From positions 16,864,001 to 16,928,000 of the forward strand of contig NC_043005.1 in NCBI RefSeq assembly GCF_006345805.1: DNA of 64,000 bases. The letters are read 5' to 3'. A program made the position numbers and the translations under genes. This stretch comes from Octopus sinensis. Lineage: Eukaryota. The notes under the pieces are model-generated. The model was not told the DNA's origin and searched no databases. It saw nothing but the letters and a program-made list of their open reading frames with translations. Position 1 is the stretch's first letter. Each line of letters starts with the position of its first letter. Shown in pieces: positions 36,827-48,739 of this stretch.

Positions 36827-37288
36827 TATGGATAAGGACAGTTGTATAAAGACGTGCCAACCTCTAATTGTGGAGGGAACCTGTGGAAGGGGCAGATCCA
36901 GGAAGATGTGGGACAAAGTGGTGAGAAGGGATCTTTGGACATTGGGCCTCACTGAGGAAATGACAGGGGACCGGGAGTTGTGGTGATTTGCTGTACTTGT
37001 GGAAAGGCATCAAGTGAAGTAAAATTACTGTCATCCATCCATCCATACATACATACATACAGGCTTGTCTTTTATAGGTGCCAGTTCCAAATAAAATGCA
37101 CCTGTGCCAGTGGCACATAAAAAGAACCCAGCACACTGTAAAGGGGTCAGCATTAGGAAGGGCATCCAGCTGTAAAAACCATGTCAAAACAGAAGTCTGG
37201 TGCAGTCTTCTGCCTAGCAACTCCTGACAAGCCGTCCAACCCATGCCAGTATAGAAAATGAATGTTAAACGATGATGATGATGATGAC
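36827..37288 (+). mobile_element. 5'-truncated RTE-clade LINE (ORF C-terminus plus 3' UTR)
   Basis: MDKDSCIKTCQPLIVEGTCGRGRSRKMWDKVVRRDLWTLGLTEEMTGDRELW fits the RTE C-terminal pattern EG.R.RGRP...W...D...DR..W. Followed by the family C-like 3' end and (GAT)n. Confidence 0.8.
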
Positions 37289-37464
37289 CTGGTTGTATCC
37301 ATCAATACTTGGCTGCATCTGCCACAGCCTGGTTGCATCCACCACAACATGGTTGTGTCCACACGGTCTGTGTCATATGCTCACAAGATTTGGTTTGCCA
37401 AAAAGCTGCCAATTTTCCTTTTATCTTCATTACAAAGTGGCTCCTCCATTCATTACCTTGACTC

Positions 37465-37693
37465 TTAACCCTTTCATTACTGTATTTCTGTTAAGATGCT
37501 CTGTGTTTCTTTCAATTACTTTAAATATACCAAAGAATTTAGTAAAATAACTTAGTTGTCATTCAGCTTGTGTTAGGAACAAAAATTGTGATTAAGGAAT
37601 GGTGGAAGATTTTAATTGAAAACTTATGAAAACAAGACATTTGTACTCAGAGCCACAGCCGGGTTTTAGCCAGGTTGGTAACGAAAGGGTTAA
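37465..37693. mobile_element. TTAA MITE, family 1 (opposite orientation)
   Basis: TTAACCCTTTCATTAC ... GGTAACGAAAGGGTTAA. Confidence 0.88.
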
Positions 37694-38231
37694 ACAACTG
37701 CCCTCATCTCAGCCTCGTATCTTGTTATGACAGTCTCTTCCTTGGCTTCAACTTCTCTCAGCAGCCATAGTGTTGCTGTGACTGCAAGGACACTATTTTA
37801 TTTTGACATGCCTTCAGTTCAAACAAAATCTGCTTGGTTTTTAACAGTTGTTTATGAAAAATGTGTCTGGTTGGTTCGGTGACTGGAGTGGGAGGAGGGC
37901 CAGTAATACTTTTAAATACTCCTACCTGAATAAAAGAGTTCAAACTAGGAGGAGGGCTATTGTCTGTCTGTCTCTCTCTCTGTCTGGTGGTGGTCATGGG
38001 TAGATATTAGTTCCTTTCAGTTAATATATAGATAAATCTTTTACAAAAGGTACAACTGTTGAAGGTGATGCAGTGAAGTTGTGGTAGTTAATTATTTTCT
38101 TTTGTAATCATTCTAATCAGTTATTCTGTTTTTGTTTCAAGTTTAATGTAATTTATTATATTTACAATATTGTATTTATAGTAAATCACTTTTATTTAAC
38201 TTAGTGATGTAAATAACAATTTTCTATTGTT

Positions 38232-38545
38232 ATTGTCCGTTGCCAGCCTCGCCTGGCACGTAAAAGCACCATCCGTTCGTGTCCGTTGCCAGCCTCGCCT
38301 GGCCCCCATGCCGGTGGCACGTAAAAGCACCATCCGTTCGTGGCCGTTTGCCAGCTCCGGGTGGCACGTAAAAAGCATCCACTACACTCACGGAGTGGTT
38401 GGCGTTAGGAAGGGCATCCAGCTGTAGAAACACTGCCAGATCAGACTGGGCCTGATGCGGCCTTCCAGCTTCACAGACCCCAGTTGAACCGTCCAACCCA
38501 TGCTAGCATGGAAAGCGGACGCTAAATGATGATGATGATGATGAT
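38232..38545 (+). mobile_element. Family C retroposon
   Basis: Three GGCACGTAAAAGCA units, shared 3' end, (GAT)n. Confidence 0.87.
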
Positions 38546-39761
38546 TGTTGATATTTAGACTCAACCTAACCGTGATTGAGCAGACAAGTATTCTTCTCAC
38601 AACTCTCATTTTTCTATCTTTTTTTTTTGTCTAAGTGTATCAAGGTCTACATAAGCCAATATATCCTTCCATTTTAAAGATGAAACAGTCGGATGGTTTG
38701 AGAAAGATTTAGTTGCTATTTCTAGCATTTCAGGTGGCCATATTCAATGCTGCTGACTTGCTAATAGCTGTACAAATCTTGACTTCTATTGTGGAACCTG
38801 ATATCTATGAGATTTAGAATTTAAAATGTTGTCTCTATCTTTCCCATTGTAATAACAACAAATATTTATTTTACTTGACTAAGGTTTTACTACTTGTATT
38901 AGTGAAACAGGTCATTCCTTTTCTGGCCTCTAATTTCTATATCAAAGCTGGTAGAGAGTGACCGTGGGAGATGTATGGAGATTTAGCTATAATAATCAGA
39001 GCAAATTATAAGAGACCTCATTAGCTTTGTGATTGCAGTCAGATTAAATTAAGGTCCAAATAAATTCATACAGTCTGCTACTAGCCTACTAATTCTAGGG
39101 GTTTCTTTAATATGTTTATATAGCATATCTTTGCAACAGTATAATGTGTGTATGTGTTTTCTGCATACACTGACAGATTTCATCCAGTAAAAGGAGAATT
39201 TCTGCTGTATGATAGCCTATAGTAGCCGATAACTGTAAAGGAGCCTTGACTGCATGTTGTAAGGTTATTACCCAGATGATATATACACACACACATGCTT
39301 GCAACTATATATAGTCATAACTTCCATATTATAATTTTTTTAATGTATTCTGTAGAAAAAATAGTACGGAACAAAACATGTTGGAGCATTTTTTGTTCTG
39401 AGTTCAAATCCCACCCATGTCAACTTTCATCATTCCAAAGTTGGTATAATAAATGTCTGTTTACAAGTACCATGATTGATAAAATCAACTAAAACCTTTG
39501 TATACAGTGCCCCGGCATGGCCACAAAGCTATGACTGAAATTAGTGAAAGAGGTGAAAGGATATTGGCTGTCACTATATACTCAGTTTTTATTGTTAAGA
39601 TGGAGAGGTAAGGTGTGATTTGAGAAAGATTGAGCTATTGCTTCTAGCAGGTGAGGAAATGGCCATATATATATTTTTTATTTTTAAGATGGAGAGATAG
39701 GGTGTGATTTGAGAAGGATTGAGCTATTGCTTCTAACAGGTGAGGAAGTGGCCATATATAT

Positions 39762-39805
<44 letters not shown>

Positions 39806-39806
<1 letters not shown>

Positions 39807-40000
39807 TTTATTTAAAGCAGCAGAAAATTCAACAAAACCTGTTACTCTGAGTTTCCCGTATGACCACGTGGCCATACGGGAAACTCAGAGTAACAGGTTT
39901 TGTTGAATTTTCTACTGCTTTAAATAAAGCATATTACTCTACCACTGGTATTTGAGTACTCTTTTTTTCCACCTTGTTTCACATTTATGTGTTTACTCCG
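39806..40000 (+). mobile_element. (TA)n-inserted fold-back element, family H1 (124-bp palindrome plus tail)
   Basis: 39806-39929 is a loopless palindrome centred on CCACGTGG with two mismatches. Each arm keeps GAAA-CTCAGAG-TA-ACAG, the 3' half of the hammerhead. The tail matches 33123-33193. Confidence 0.9.
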
Positions 40001-40748
40001 ATATATATATATATATATATATTGATGCCTTTGGTAGTTTTGCAGTTGCTTCTGGTATTTTTCACCCAGGTTTCCATGCTTGCATGTGTGTGGAATATTT
40101 GTTGTGATAATTGTTGTTTTGCAACTGGATGCCCTTCAAGTTGCTAGCATTTCAAGTGTGATGTAGGGGAGTCCAAGCAGACGGAATATGTTTTGTTTGC
40201 TTGGCAGGCATCAAAGAATATCCATAGTAGCAAGATTTGAACTTGAGACCAACTTGTTAATAAATTGAATGATGTTCTACTGCATAGCATATTTTATGTA
40301 ATATGAAACGATCAGGTATATTGAAAAATTGACAATACAAGTTTTAGCCGTCATTGTCATGGGTAATCTAATAAATGCAGACAAATGTAAACAAATGTTT
40401 TTGGTTTATCTCTAAATGGACCAATAACCGAGTATTGTTTTGAGTGGTGTCAACTCTAATCAGAATGTTTGTGGGTCTCTGTTGGAGATTCCATTTAACT
40501 GAATCCTTATTTCTGTCCATGAAGAGATAAAGAAATAAAATTTGTTTATATCGGTTCAAATAATGGCTAACCCTTCTTTTCTTTATTTTTACATTCATCA
40601 TCTGAAATCTGATACTTTTCCCCATTTCATATCATAAGGTTAATTTAAGAAAACTAGTTAGGTTTATCTGCTGCTTTTGTGCTAGAAAAAGGAAAGTTGA
40701 CTCATATTTTCAAGAATTCATTTTTCTATCTATTGCGATTTCTATGTA

Positions 40749-41259
40749 TTAACCCTTTTGTTATTGTGTTCTTGTTGATTTTACCCTGCCTTTGTTTCAA
40801 TAAATTTTGAAGATAATAATTTAGTGAAATCATTATCATCATCATCATCATCATCATTTAGCGTCCGCTTTCCATGCTAGCATGGGTTGGACGGTTCAAC
40901 TGGGGTCTGTGAAGCCAGAAGGCTGCATCAGGCCCAGTCTTATCTGGCAGTGTTTCTACGACTGGATGCCCTTCCTAACGCCAACCACTCCGTGAGTGTA
41001 GTGGGTGCTTTTTATGTGCCACCTGCACAGGTGCCAGACAGAACTGGCAAACGGCCACGATCGGATGGTGCTTTTTACGTGCCACCGGCACGGAGGCCAG
41101 TCGGAGCGGCGCTTTAGTGAAATAACTGTCATTATTAAGCTAGTGTTTGATACCATGTGAAATTTTGTTAGTAAATTTAAATTTAGATCACTTTAAACCA
41201 GGAAATTTGTATCAAAGAATCACAGGCAGTCTCAGATAGGTTGGTATTAAAAAGGTTAA
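40749..41259. mobile_element. TTAA MITE interrupted by a family C element (40831-41112, minus strand) with an 11-bp TSD
   Basis: TTAACCCTTTTGTTA...AAAAAGGTTAA; TSD TTTAGTGAAAT at 40820-40830 and 41113-41123. Confidence 0.82.
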
Positions 41260-41343
41260 ACAGATTTTTAAAAATAACAATCTTATTCATTGTAGTTTTG
41301 TCTCTCATGTAGAAGCATTTGTGGGTCTTCTCTTAAAAATGTT

Positions 41344-41698
41344 AGAGTGGCTGTGTGGTAAGTAGCTTGCTTACGAACCACATGGTTCCAGGTTCAGTCT
41401 CACTGTGTGGCACCTTGGCCAGGTGTCTTCTACCAAAGCCTTGTGAGTGGATTTGGTAGATGGAAACTGAAAAAGAAGCCCATCGTATATATGTGGTTTG
41501 TGTGTCTGTGTTTGTTCCCCTAACATCGCTTGACAACCGATGCTGGTGTGTTTACATCCCCGTAACTTAGTGGTTCGGCAAAAGAGACCGATAGAATAAG
41601 TACTAGGCTTACAAAGAATAAGACCTGGGGTCGATTTGCTCGACTAAAGGCGGTGCTCCAGCATGGCCACAGTCAAATGACTGAAACAAGTAAAAGAG
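41344..41698 (+). mobile_element. Family A SINE
   Basis: Full head and tail with short internal deletions. Confidence 0.87.
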
Positions 41699-42258
41699 CA
41701 AAGGGTATAGCAATCACTGAGTCAGTGAAGGGTGCTTCTTGATTTCCTCAGCATATCCAATTCCTTAAAAGACATATCTGGAATATTTGTTTATTGAAAC
41801 CTTTTTTTTTTACAGGAGTTAAACACTAATTGCCCCTATTCACTCTTCTACAATGTCCTTCATTCTCTAACCTTTCATCACCTGACATAAAGCTTCCACT
41901 CTACAGATATCACCCTCAGTCAATGGGGATGTTAGTCTTGCAAACTGTATGGTGCCTTAACTGGTGCAGTTGCCAAAATGGAAGCACCCAGTATATGATT
42001 TAAAGTGGTTGGCTTTAGGAAGGGCATCCAGCTGTAGAAACTGCACCAAAAACAGACATGAGAGCACAATGCAGTCTTTAGAACCCATGCAAGTTTGGAA
42101 GGCAGCATTAAAAGATAAATCTTTTTTGTTTTTTTTTGTTTTTTTTTTAAATGCAAAAATAGGTCTGTTTTTAGTGCTGAAATATGTGTTTCTCTGTAAC
42201 ATTAACTGTTCCTCACACTTAATAATATGACATCTATCTATTTTTATAATCATTTCAG

Positions 42259-42538
42259 GATGAGTTTTTTGAGATAGAAAGGGATGTTGGAGGGTTCAAG
42301 AGAAAACTGTCGAAACGGGAGAAAAAAGAGAAAAAGAAAAGAGAGAAGGAGAGATTAAGAAACAAAGAGAATCTGGAGAAAGATGCCACCCTTGCAGAGA
42401 AACTTTACACAGATGTGCCAGAAAACAGTTTTACTCGGAGTATCTCTAACCCCGAGGCTGTTATGCGAAGACGACGCCAACAGAAAGTAGAAAAACGCCT
42501 ACAGGAGTTCCGTAATGAAGAAGGAGGTTCAGAATCTG
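42259..42538 (+). CDS. AFDN: Afadin/canoe coding exon (basic linker between RA1 and RA2)
   Basis: TTTCAG acceptor and G|GTAAG donor, 280 nt, phase 0 to 1. Translates DEFFEIERDVGGFKRKLSKREKKEKKKREKE...LYTDVPENSFTRSISNPEAVMRRRRQQKVEKRLQEFRNEEGGSES, matching the afadin FTRTISNPEVVMKRRRQQKLEKRMQEF motif. Confidence 0.97.
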
Positions 42539-43184
42539 GTAAGAATTCTTTATTTTCATTCATTCATTCATTCATGAATAGCATGTTCTGTCAGGTCTGG
42601 TTAAGCACCAGGCTAAATCCTTTACAGCCTTTAGTCTGGTCTCTTGACATCTTTAAATCCTTACAGAGTTTACAAAAATGTTCATCACTCCAAGGTCAAC
42701 AAAAATCAATACCAGTAAAATATTGAGGGTTTTACAGTTATAGTAATATACTTCTATACTTAGGACATTTTACTCCTATTAGGGATAACCTCTTCAATTC
42801 TTTCTTTCCTCTTTTCTCTTAACTTCCCTTCTTTGTTTCCCGTTTTTCCTTTCTTACTCTCCCTTCTCATCTGTTTCTTTCTCTCCCTTCTCATCTGATT
42901 CGGTCTTTATATATAATCTTTGTGATTAATCTGTATATTTTGTATCTTTTCATTTGTCTTGCTCACTTACGTTCTGGCGTTTGCTAAATTTTCTTGAGAA
43001 CATTCCTTTCTTAGTGGTAAGACCATAGGGGGTCAACTTCAAGCATATTGATGTCCACTTAGTGGTCATCCCTCTTACATGTATGTAATATAATTTTTCT
43101 GAATCTTCAGATTTTTCTATATGCTAAACCACTGTTTTTAAATAGATATTAATCAAATTAATATTCAATTTTTCACCCTTATCT

Positions 43185-43232
<48 letters not shown>

Positions 43233-43294
43233 CTTCCTCTCCATTTTTGCCCTTCCATTCTTTCCCCTCTCCTCATAAATATGCACACACTTGG

Positions 43295-43540
43295 TTAGTC
43301 CACATTACTCCATGAGGAGCATAGGGCTGATCTCCTGGTTTCTGTGGTGTATATATTCACTCCTGGACAGGATGCCAGTCCTTCGCAGGATTACTCATGT
43401 TTTCATGTTGAGTGGACTGGAGCAATGTGAAATGAAGTGTTTTGCTGAAGATCACAACACATTGCCCAGTCCAGGAATCAAAACCACAATCATACAGTCG
43501 CGATTCCTACACCCTTACCACTAAGCCATGCACCTCCACA
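43295..43540 (-). mobile_element. tRNA-derived SINE (older family D relative)
   Basis: Minus-strand head GGAGGTGCATGGCTTAGTGGTAAGGG; tail CTGCGAAGGACTGGCATCCTGTCCAGG shared with the 43643 copy. Confidence 0.7.
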
Positions 43541-43606
43541 TATTACTCACACTATACTTGCATAAATGTGTACAAACGAAATACCAGTAATATAATAAAT
43601 CTTCTT

Positions 43607-44137
43607 TTAACCCTTTAGTATTCAGATTATTCTGTCAAATATTGTTTGTTCTTTCTCAACCCACGCCCGGCTCATTAGCTTTGCTTTCCCGGTTTCCTTG
43701 GTGTATAGGTTCCCCACCTGGACAGGATGTCAGTCCGTCGCAGGTGAGCTGCAAGATGCAGGAGGAAAGAGTGAGAGAGAGTTGTGGCGAAAGAGTCAGC
43801 AGAAGTCCGCCATTACCTTCTGCTGGAGCCACGTGGAGCTTAGGTGTTTCGCTCATAAACACACACATCGCCCAGTCTGAGATTCGAACCCGCGATCCCT
43901 CGACCGCGAGTCCGCTGCTCTAACCACTAGGCCATGTGCCTCTGTCAAATATAATCCTTATTTATTCACATTGCTTTGAAATAATCATGCATTATCTCAC
44001 AGCTTTGAGATTTCATTGATGTGATTGATTATATTTAGAATGATGTAAGGTAAGTGTAAGAGACCAGATCTGGCTGATTTCCACATAAAAGAGAATATCT
44101 GGGCCTGATATGGCCTGTTTAAATGCTAAAGGGTTAA
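43607..44137. mobile_element. TTAA MITE, family 2, interrupted by a SINE
   Basis: TTAACCCTTTAGTATTCAGA ... TTTAAATGCTAAAGGGTTAA. Confidence 0.85.
43643..43940 (-). mobile_element. tRNA-derived SINE, family D, 12-bp TSD
   Basis: Minus strand GGCACATGGCCTAGTGGTTAGAGCAGCGGACTCGCGGTCGAGGGATCGCGGGTTCGAATCTC (clear A and B boxes); TSD TCTGTCAAATAT at 43631-43642 and 43941-43952. Confidence 0.9.
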
Positions 44138-44514
44138 TGAACTCCTGCAAACAATTACACTTATGTAGTTAGGCTTATGACTGACCCCTATTTATAACAT
44201 TTGACCTGTCCTGACTACATCTCACCCCTATTTACAAGACTTGTAATCACTGTATTTGATCAGTCCTTAATAATTAACTCTAGAAATCAGTGATTTACAG
44301 ATTGAATTGTCTTAAGTATTTGATATTAATCAAATTAATATTCAATTTTTCATCCTTATTTTAAATTTATTATATATATATATATCTTGCTCTCCATTTT
44401 TTGCTCTTCCATTCTTTCCCCTCTCCTCATAAATATCCACACACTTGGTTAGTTCACATCACTCCATGAGGAGCATAGGGCTGATCTCCTGGTCTACAGA
44501 TTAAATTGTCTTTT

Positions 44515-44725
44515 GGCCATTTTCCAGACTCGTCTGGCACGTAAAAAGCACCCACTACACTCATAGAGTGGTTGGCGTTAGGAAGGGCATCCAGCTGTAG
44601 AAACATTGCCAGATCAAACTGGGCCTGGTGCAGCCTTCTGGCTTCCCAGACCCCAGTTGAACCGTCCAACCCATGCTAGCATGAAAAGCGGACGCTAAAC
44701 GATGATGATGATGAATGATGATGAT
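44515..44725 (+). mobile_element. Family C retroposon (5'-truncated)
   Basis: Shared 3' end and (GAT)n tail. Confidence 0.85.
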
Positions 44726-44967
44726 TTGTTGTGAACTGAATTCCGGTTACGAAAAATTTTTTTAGTGACATGTTGTCATGGTTACCTATACAGTACATTA
44801 GTAAAGTCGTTTATACTAACAGAGCCAAACAATATTGTATATAACACAGCTTTGTTGCTGTGTCTATATGTATATCTGTGTGTATTGCTGTGTTTGTGTA
44901 TATCGTGCAAGTCACTTTGTGCTGGTAGTATATAGGCTTACCAACTACATGTGCGTGAATACACATG

Positions 44968-45889
44968 AAGAGTGGCTGTGTGGTAAGTAACTTGCTAACC
45001 AACCACATGGTTCCAGGTCCAGTCCCACTGCGTGGCACCTTGGGCAAGGCCAACCAAAGCCTTGTGAGTGAATTTGGTAGACAGGAACTGAAAGAAGCCC
45101 ATTGCATATACATATATGTATATGTTTGTGTGTGTGCGTTTATGTCTCTGTAACTTAGCAGTTCAGCAAAAGACACCAATAGAATAAGTACTAAGCTTAC
45201 AAAGAATGTCTTGCGATCAATTTGTTCGACTAAAGGTGGTGCTCCAGCATGGTCGCAGTCATATGACTGAAACAAGTGAAAGAATATAGGTACAGGCGTG
45301 TCTGTGTGGTAAGAGGCTTGCTTCCGGTTCAATCCCACTGCATGGCACCTTTGGCAAGTGTCTTCTACTATAGCCTTGGGCCAACCAAAGTCTTGTGAGT
45401 GGATTTGGTGGACAGAAACTGAAAGAAGCCGGTGTGTGTATGTTTATCTGTTTGTCCTACCACCATAGCTTGACAACTGATGCTGGCATGTTTACGTCCC
45501 ACGTAACTTAGCGGTTCAGTAAATGAGACTGATAGAATATGTACTAGGCTTACAGAGAATAAGTCCTGGGGTCAGCTGGTTCAATTAAAGGCGATGCTCC
45601 AGCATGGCCAGTCAAATGACTGAAGTAAACAGAAGAATAAAAAAGTATATATGTATGTGTGTGTTTTTCTGTCTGTTTGTGTCCCCCGTAACTTAGTAGT
45701 TTGGCAGAAGAGATTGATAGAATAAGTACCAGATTTCAAAGAAAAAAAAAGCACTGGGGTTGATTCAGTAGTTGGGGTTAAGGTCACTGTGCAACCCCAT
45801 GGTTTTGGGTTCAGTCTCACTGCACACTCCCTTGAGCTCACTAATGCCTTGTGAATGAATTGGTAGATGGAAACTATGTGGAATCCTAT

Positions 45890-45943
<54 letters not shown>

Positions 45944-46100
45944 CCCTATTTTCTCTTGACCACCAGTGTTGGTTTGCTTACATCCACATAACTTGTTAGG
46001 CAACAAGCAGGAAAATAGTGCAGAGGTAATGTTTTCTTCTAAATTCTTCAAGGCTGTGCTCCAGCATGGCCTTTGTGCTATGATTGAAACAAATACAAAC
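44968..46100 (+). mobile_element. Head-to-tail cluster of family A SINEs
   Basis: Copies at about 44968-45283 and 45288-45635, with partial or diverged copies to about 46100. Confidence 0.8.
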
Positions 46101-46529
46101 TAAGCTCATCAGAATAAAGCAATGTAGCTTTCCAGTTAGTTACAGAAAATATATTAATAGGATTTTTCTCTTGTCATCCAGATGGCTGGTTTTCTAAGTT
46201 AACTGTCAGTTTCCATAGTTTACAGAACCATTTTCTCAGTGTTTGGTTCCGCGGGGTGGTTAGAAAGAGAGAGAGAGAGAGAGAGGTGGAAGAGTTAATT
46301 GCTAGGTATTTCTAACATCCATCTTACTACATGATGGTAGATCGTCTACTGTAATAATGTTGGTATTTGCCATTTTTAGTAAAATTGGATTTGGTTTGTT
46401 TCAAATAAGTGTGATGGAGAAATTTCATTATGTTTGTATGCTCTACCTGACTATCACTGGTAAACAAACTTCTTGCAACATTTCTGCATATAATTTACAC
46501 ACACACACACTCGCATGTGTGTGTATGTT

Positions 46530-46796
46530 AGTTAGTTAATTTTTTGGCTCAAATGCAAAAAGCAAGGCCATGTAGGGGGACATGGAGTTAAGTACAGGGT
46601 GGTGTTCATGTAAAGAGTTCAGGCCACTTGAGGTCAAGGGAGACTTTGAACAAAGCGGTCGTCGGCATCTTCACCATCTCGTCTGGCAGCTTGTTCCACG
46701 GATCCACAACCCGGACAGAGAAAGCTCCTCTCCTTCGATTGAGATGAAATCGTCGCAGGTAGAGCTTTTCGGAATGACCCTGCAGCCGACGCTCTG
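46530..46796 (-). mobile_element. 5'-truncated CR1-clade LINE (ORF2 C-terminus plus 3' UTR)
   Basis: Minus strand translates ERRLQGHSEKLYLRRFHLNRRRGAFSVRVVDPWNKLPDEMVKMPTTALFKVSLDLKWPELFT* (stop 46606-46608), the CR1 pattern GH..KL...FS.RVV..WN.LP...FK..LD; (TAAC)n tail. Confidence 0.88.
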
Positions 46797-46804
46797 TATG
46801 TATA

Positions 46805-47185
46805 TCATCACCATTGTTTAATGTTCATTTTCCATGCTGGTATAGGCTGGATGGTTTGGCAGCTGCTGGCTGGCTTAGGAGATGTCCAGACTCCAGTTGT
46901 CTGTTGTGACATGATTTCTACAGCTGGATGCTCTTCCTAACACCAACCACTTTACAGAGTGTGCTGTGTGCATTTATACAGTACCGGCACAAGTGCATTT
47001 TATGTAGCAACAGAACCTGTAAAGGGCAAACCTGTATGTAGGGATGGCAGCAAATTTACTTAGCTTGATGTGTACAGCCAATCACCACAATGCCTGCTCC
47101 CTTGTCATTTCCTCAGTGAGGCCCAGCATCTGAAGATCCTTTTTCACCACTTCATCCCATGGCTTTCTGGGTCTTCCCCTTCCAT
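46805..47185 (-). mobile_element. Diverged RTE LINE 3' end
   Basis: Reverse-complement match to 36880-36970 (GGGCCTCACTGAGGAAATGACA) followed by the same 3' UTR. Confidence 0.7.
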
Positions 47186-47262
47186 TCACTACTATTGCAT
47201 GATGTCATGAAAAGGAGACACATATATTGTATATACACACGCACACGCATGACAAGCTTCTT

Positions 47263-47620
47263 ATTTCTTTATTGCCCACAAGGGGCTAAACACAGAGGGG
47301 ACAAATAAGGACAGACAAACGACTCTGAAAGGATGAAAGGCAAAGTCGACCTCGGCAGAATTTGAACTCAGAACATAACGGCAGACGAAATACCTATTTC
47401 TTTACTACCCACAAGGGGCTAAACACATAGAGGACAAACAAGGACAGACAAAAGGATTAAGTTGATTATATTGACCCCAGTGCGAAACTGGTACTTAATT
47501 TATCGACCCCAAAGGATGAAAGGCAAAGTCGACCTCGGTGGAATCTGAACTCAGAACATAACGGCAGATGAAATACCACTAAGCATTTTGCCTGGCGTGC
47601 TAACGTTTCTGCCAGCTTGC
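47263..47620 (-). mobile_element. Family B SINE with a duplicated 3' part and a 17-bp TSD
   Basis: Full copy plus a second partial body and tail; TSD CGCATGACAAGCTTCTT at 47246-47262 and 47621-47637; inserted in a family A copy. Confidence 0.85.
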
Positions 47621-48087
47621 CGCATGACAAGCTTCTTTCAGTTTCCATCTAACAAATTCACTCAAATGCTTAGGCCAGACTGGAGCTATATTAGACACTT
47701 CCCCAAGGTACCATATAGTTAAGAAGCAAATGCCTTAACCAAACAGCTATGCCAGCACCTGTGTGTGTGTGTGTATATGTATATATATATATATATATGA
47801 GTGTTTGTGCCGCCTTGTCTTGACATTGTGCCAGTAGTTGTGAATGTCACTGTTACACAAATGTTGTCCTTTGTTTCTAATCTTTGTGTATAAACATGTG
47901 CGACCTCAAGGAAATATTACATACCTTGCTTAGAAACAGGAGGCGGGGTTGGCAACAGGAAGAGCATTAGGCTGTAGAAAATCTCTCATCAAATTCTTTC
48001 ACCTATGCAAGAGTAGATGTAGAAATGATTAGCATTGCATACGTATATGTGTGTGTCAACACATATACGCATAACTTCTTCCACTCA

Positions 48088-48316
48088 TTAACCCTTTCGT
48101 TACCAACCCGGCTGAAACTGGCTCTGGCTCTTTAATATACATGTCTTGTTTCCATAAGTTTTTAATTAAAATCTTCCACCAAACCTTAGTCACAATTTGT
48201 GTTCCTAACACTAGCTGAATGATAACAAAATTATTTTATTAAATTCTTTGTTATACTTAAAATAATTGAAAGAAACCCAGAGCATCACAAAATAAATTCA
48301 GTAATGAAAGGGTTAA
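48088..48316. mobile_element. TTAA MITE, family 1
   Basis: TTAACCCTTTCGTTAC ... GTAATGAAAGGGTTAA. Confidence 0.88.
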
Positions 48317-48581
48317 CAGTTGAGTGGATAAAAAAAAAAGAATCTTATAAATTTTCTGAAACTGATTGGGATGAAATATTGCAAAATTTATGAAGAAATT
48401 CCAAAACTTTAAACCAAGGAATTTTAAAAGAAACCTAAGGCAAATCAATGATGACTCTACTGCCATATGGTAAGCAACCAGGCTCTATATGCAGAAACCC
48501 TTCTTATTTTATTTTTAATCTTATTACTTAGGGTATTGCCTTTTATTGCTGAATCTTATATTTAAATATTTTTAATTCCAG

Positions 48582-48739
48582 GTGGCATGCTGAAGGTTTA
48601 TGGGGAAGCTCTGAGCCCTAATATTCCTTACAAGACACTCTTGGTCTCTGCAACAGATACGGCCAGTTTTGTGGTTGAAGAAACCTTGGAAAAGTATGGA
48701 TATCCTAAAGAGGAGGCTTATAAATATTGCTTAGTCCAA
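48582..48739 (+). CDS. AFDN: Afadin/canoe coding exon (RA2 domain, first part)
   Basis: TTCCAG acceptor and CAA|GTAAGT donor, 158 nt, phase 1 to 0. Translates (G)GMLKVYGEALSPNIPYKTLLVSATDTASFVVEETLEKYGYPKEEAYKYCLVQ, matching afadin GTLRIYADSLKPNIPYKTILLS...EALEKYGL...YCIARV. Confidence 0.97.

Noticed and set aside
43870-43940. tRNA-like sequences here and at 58415 and 60983
   Set aside because: They are SINE heads: no complete acceptor stem, they continue into a shared body, and two are bounded by TSDs.
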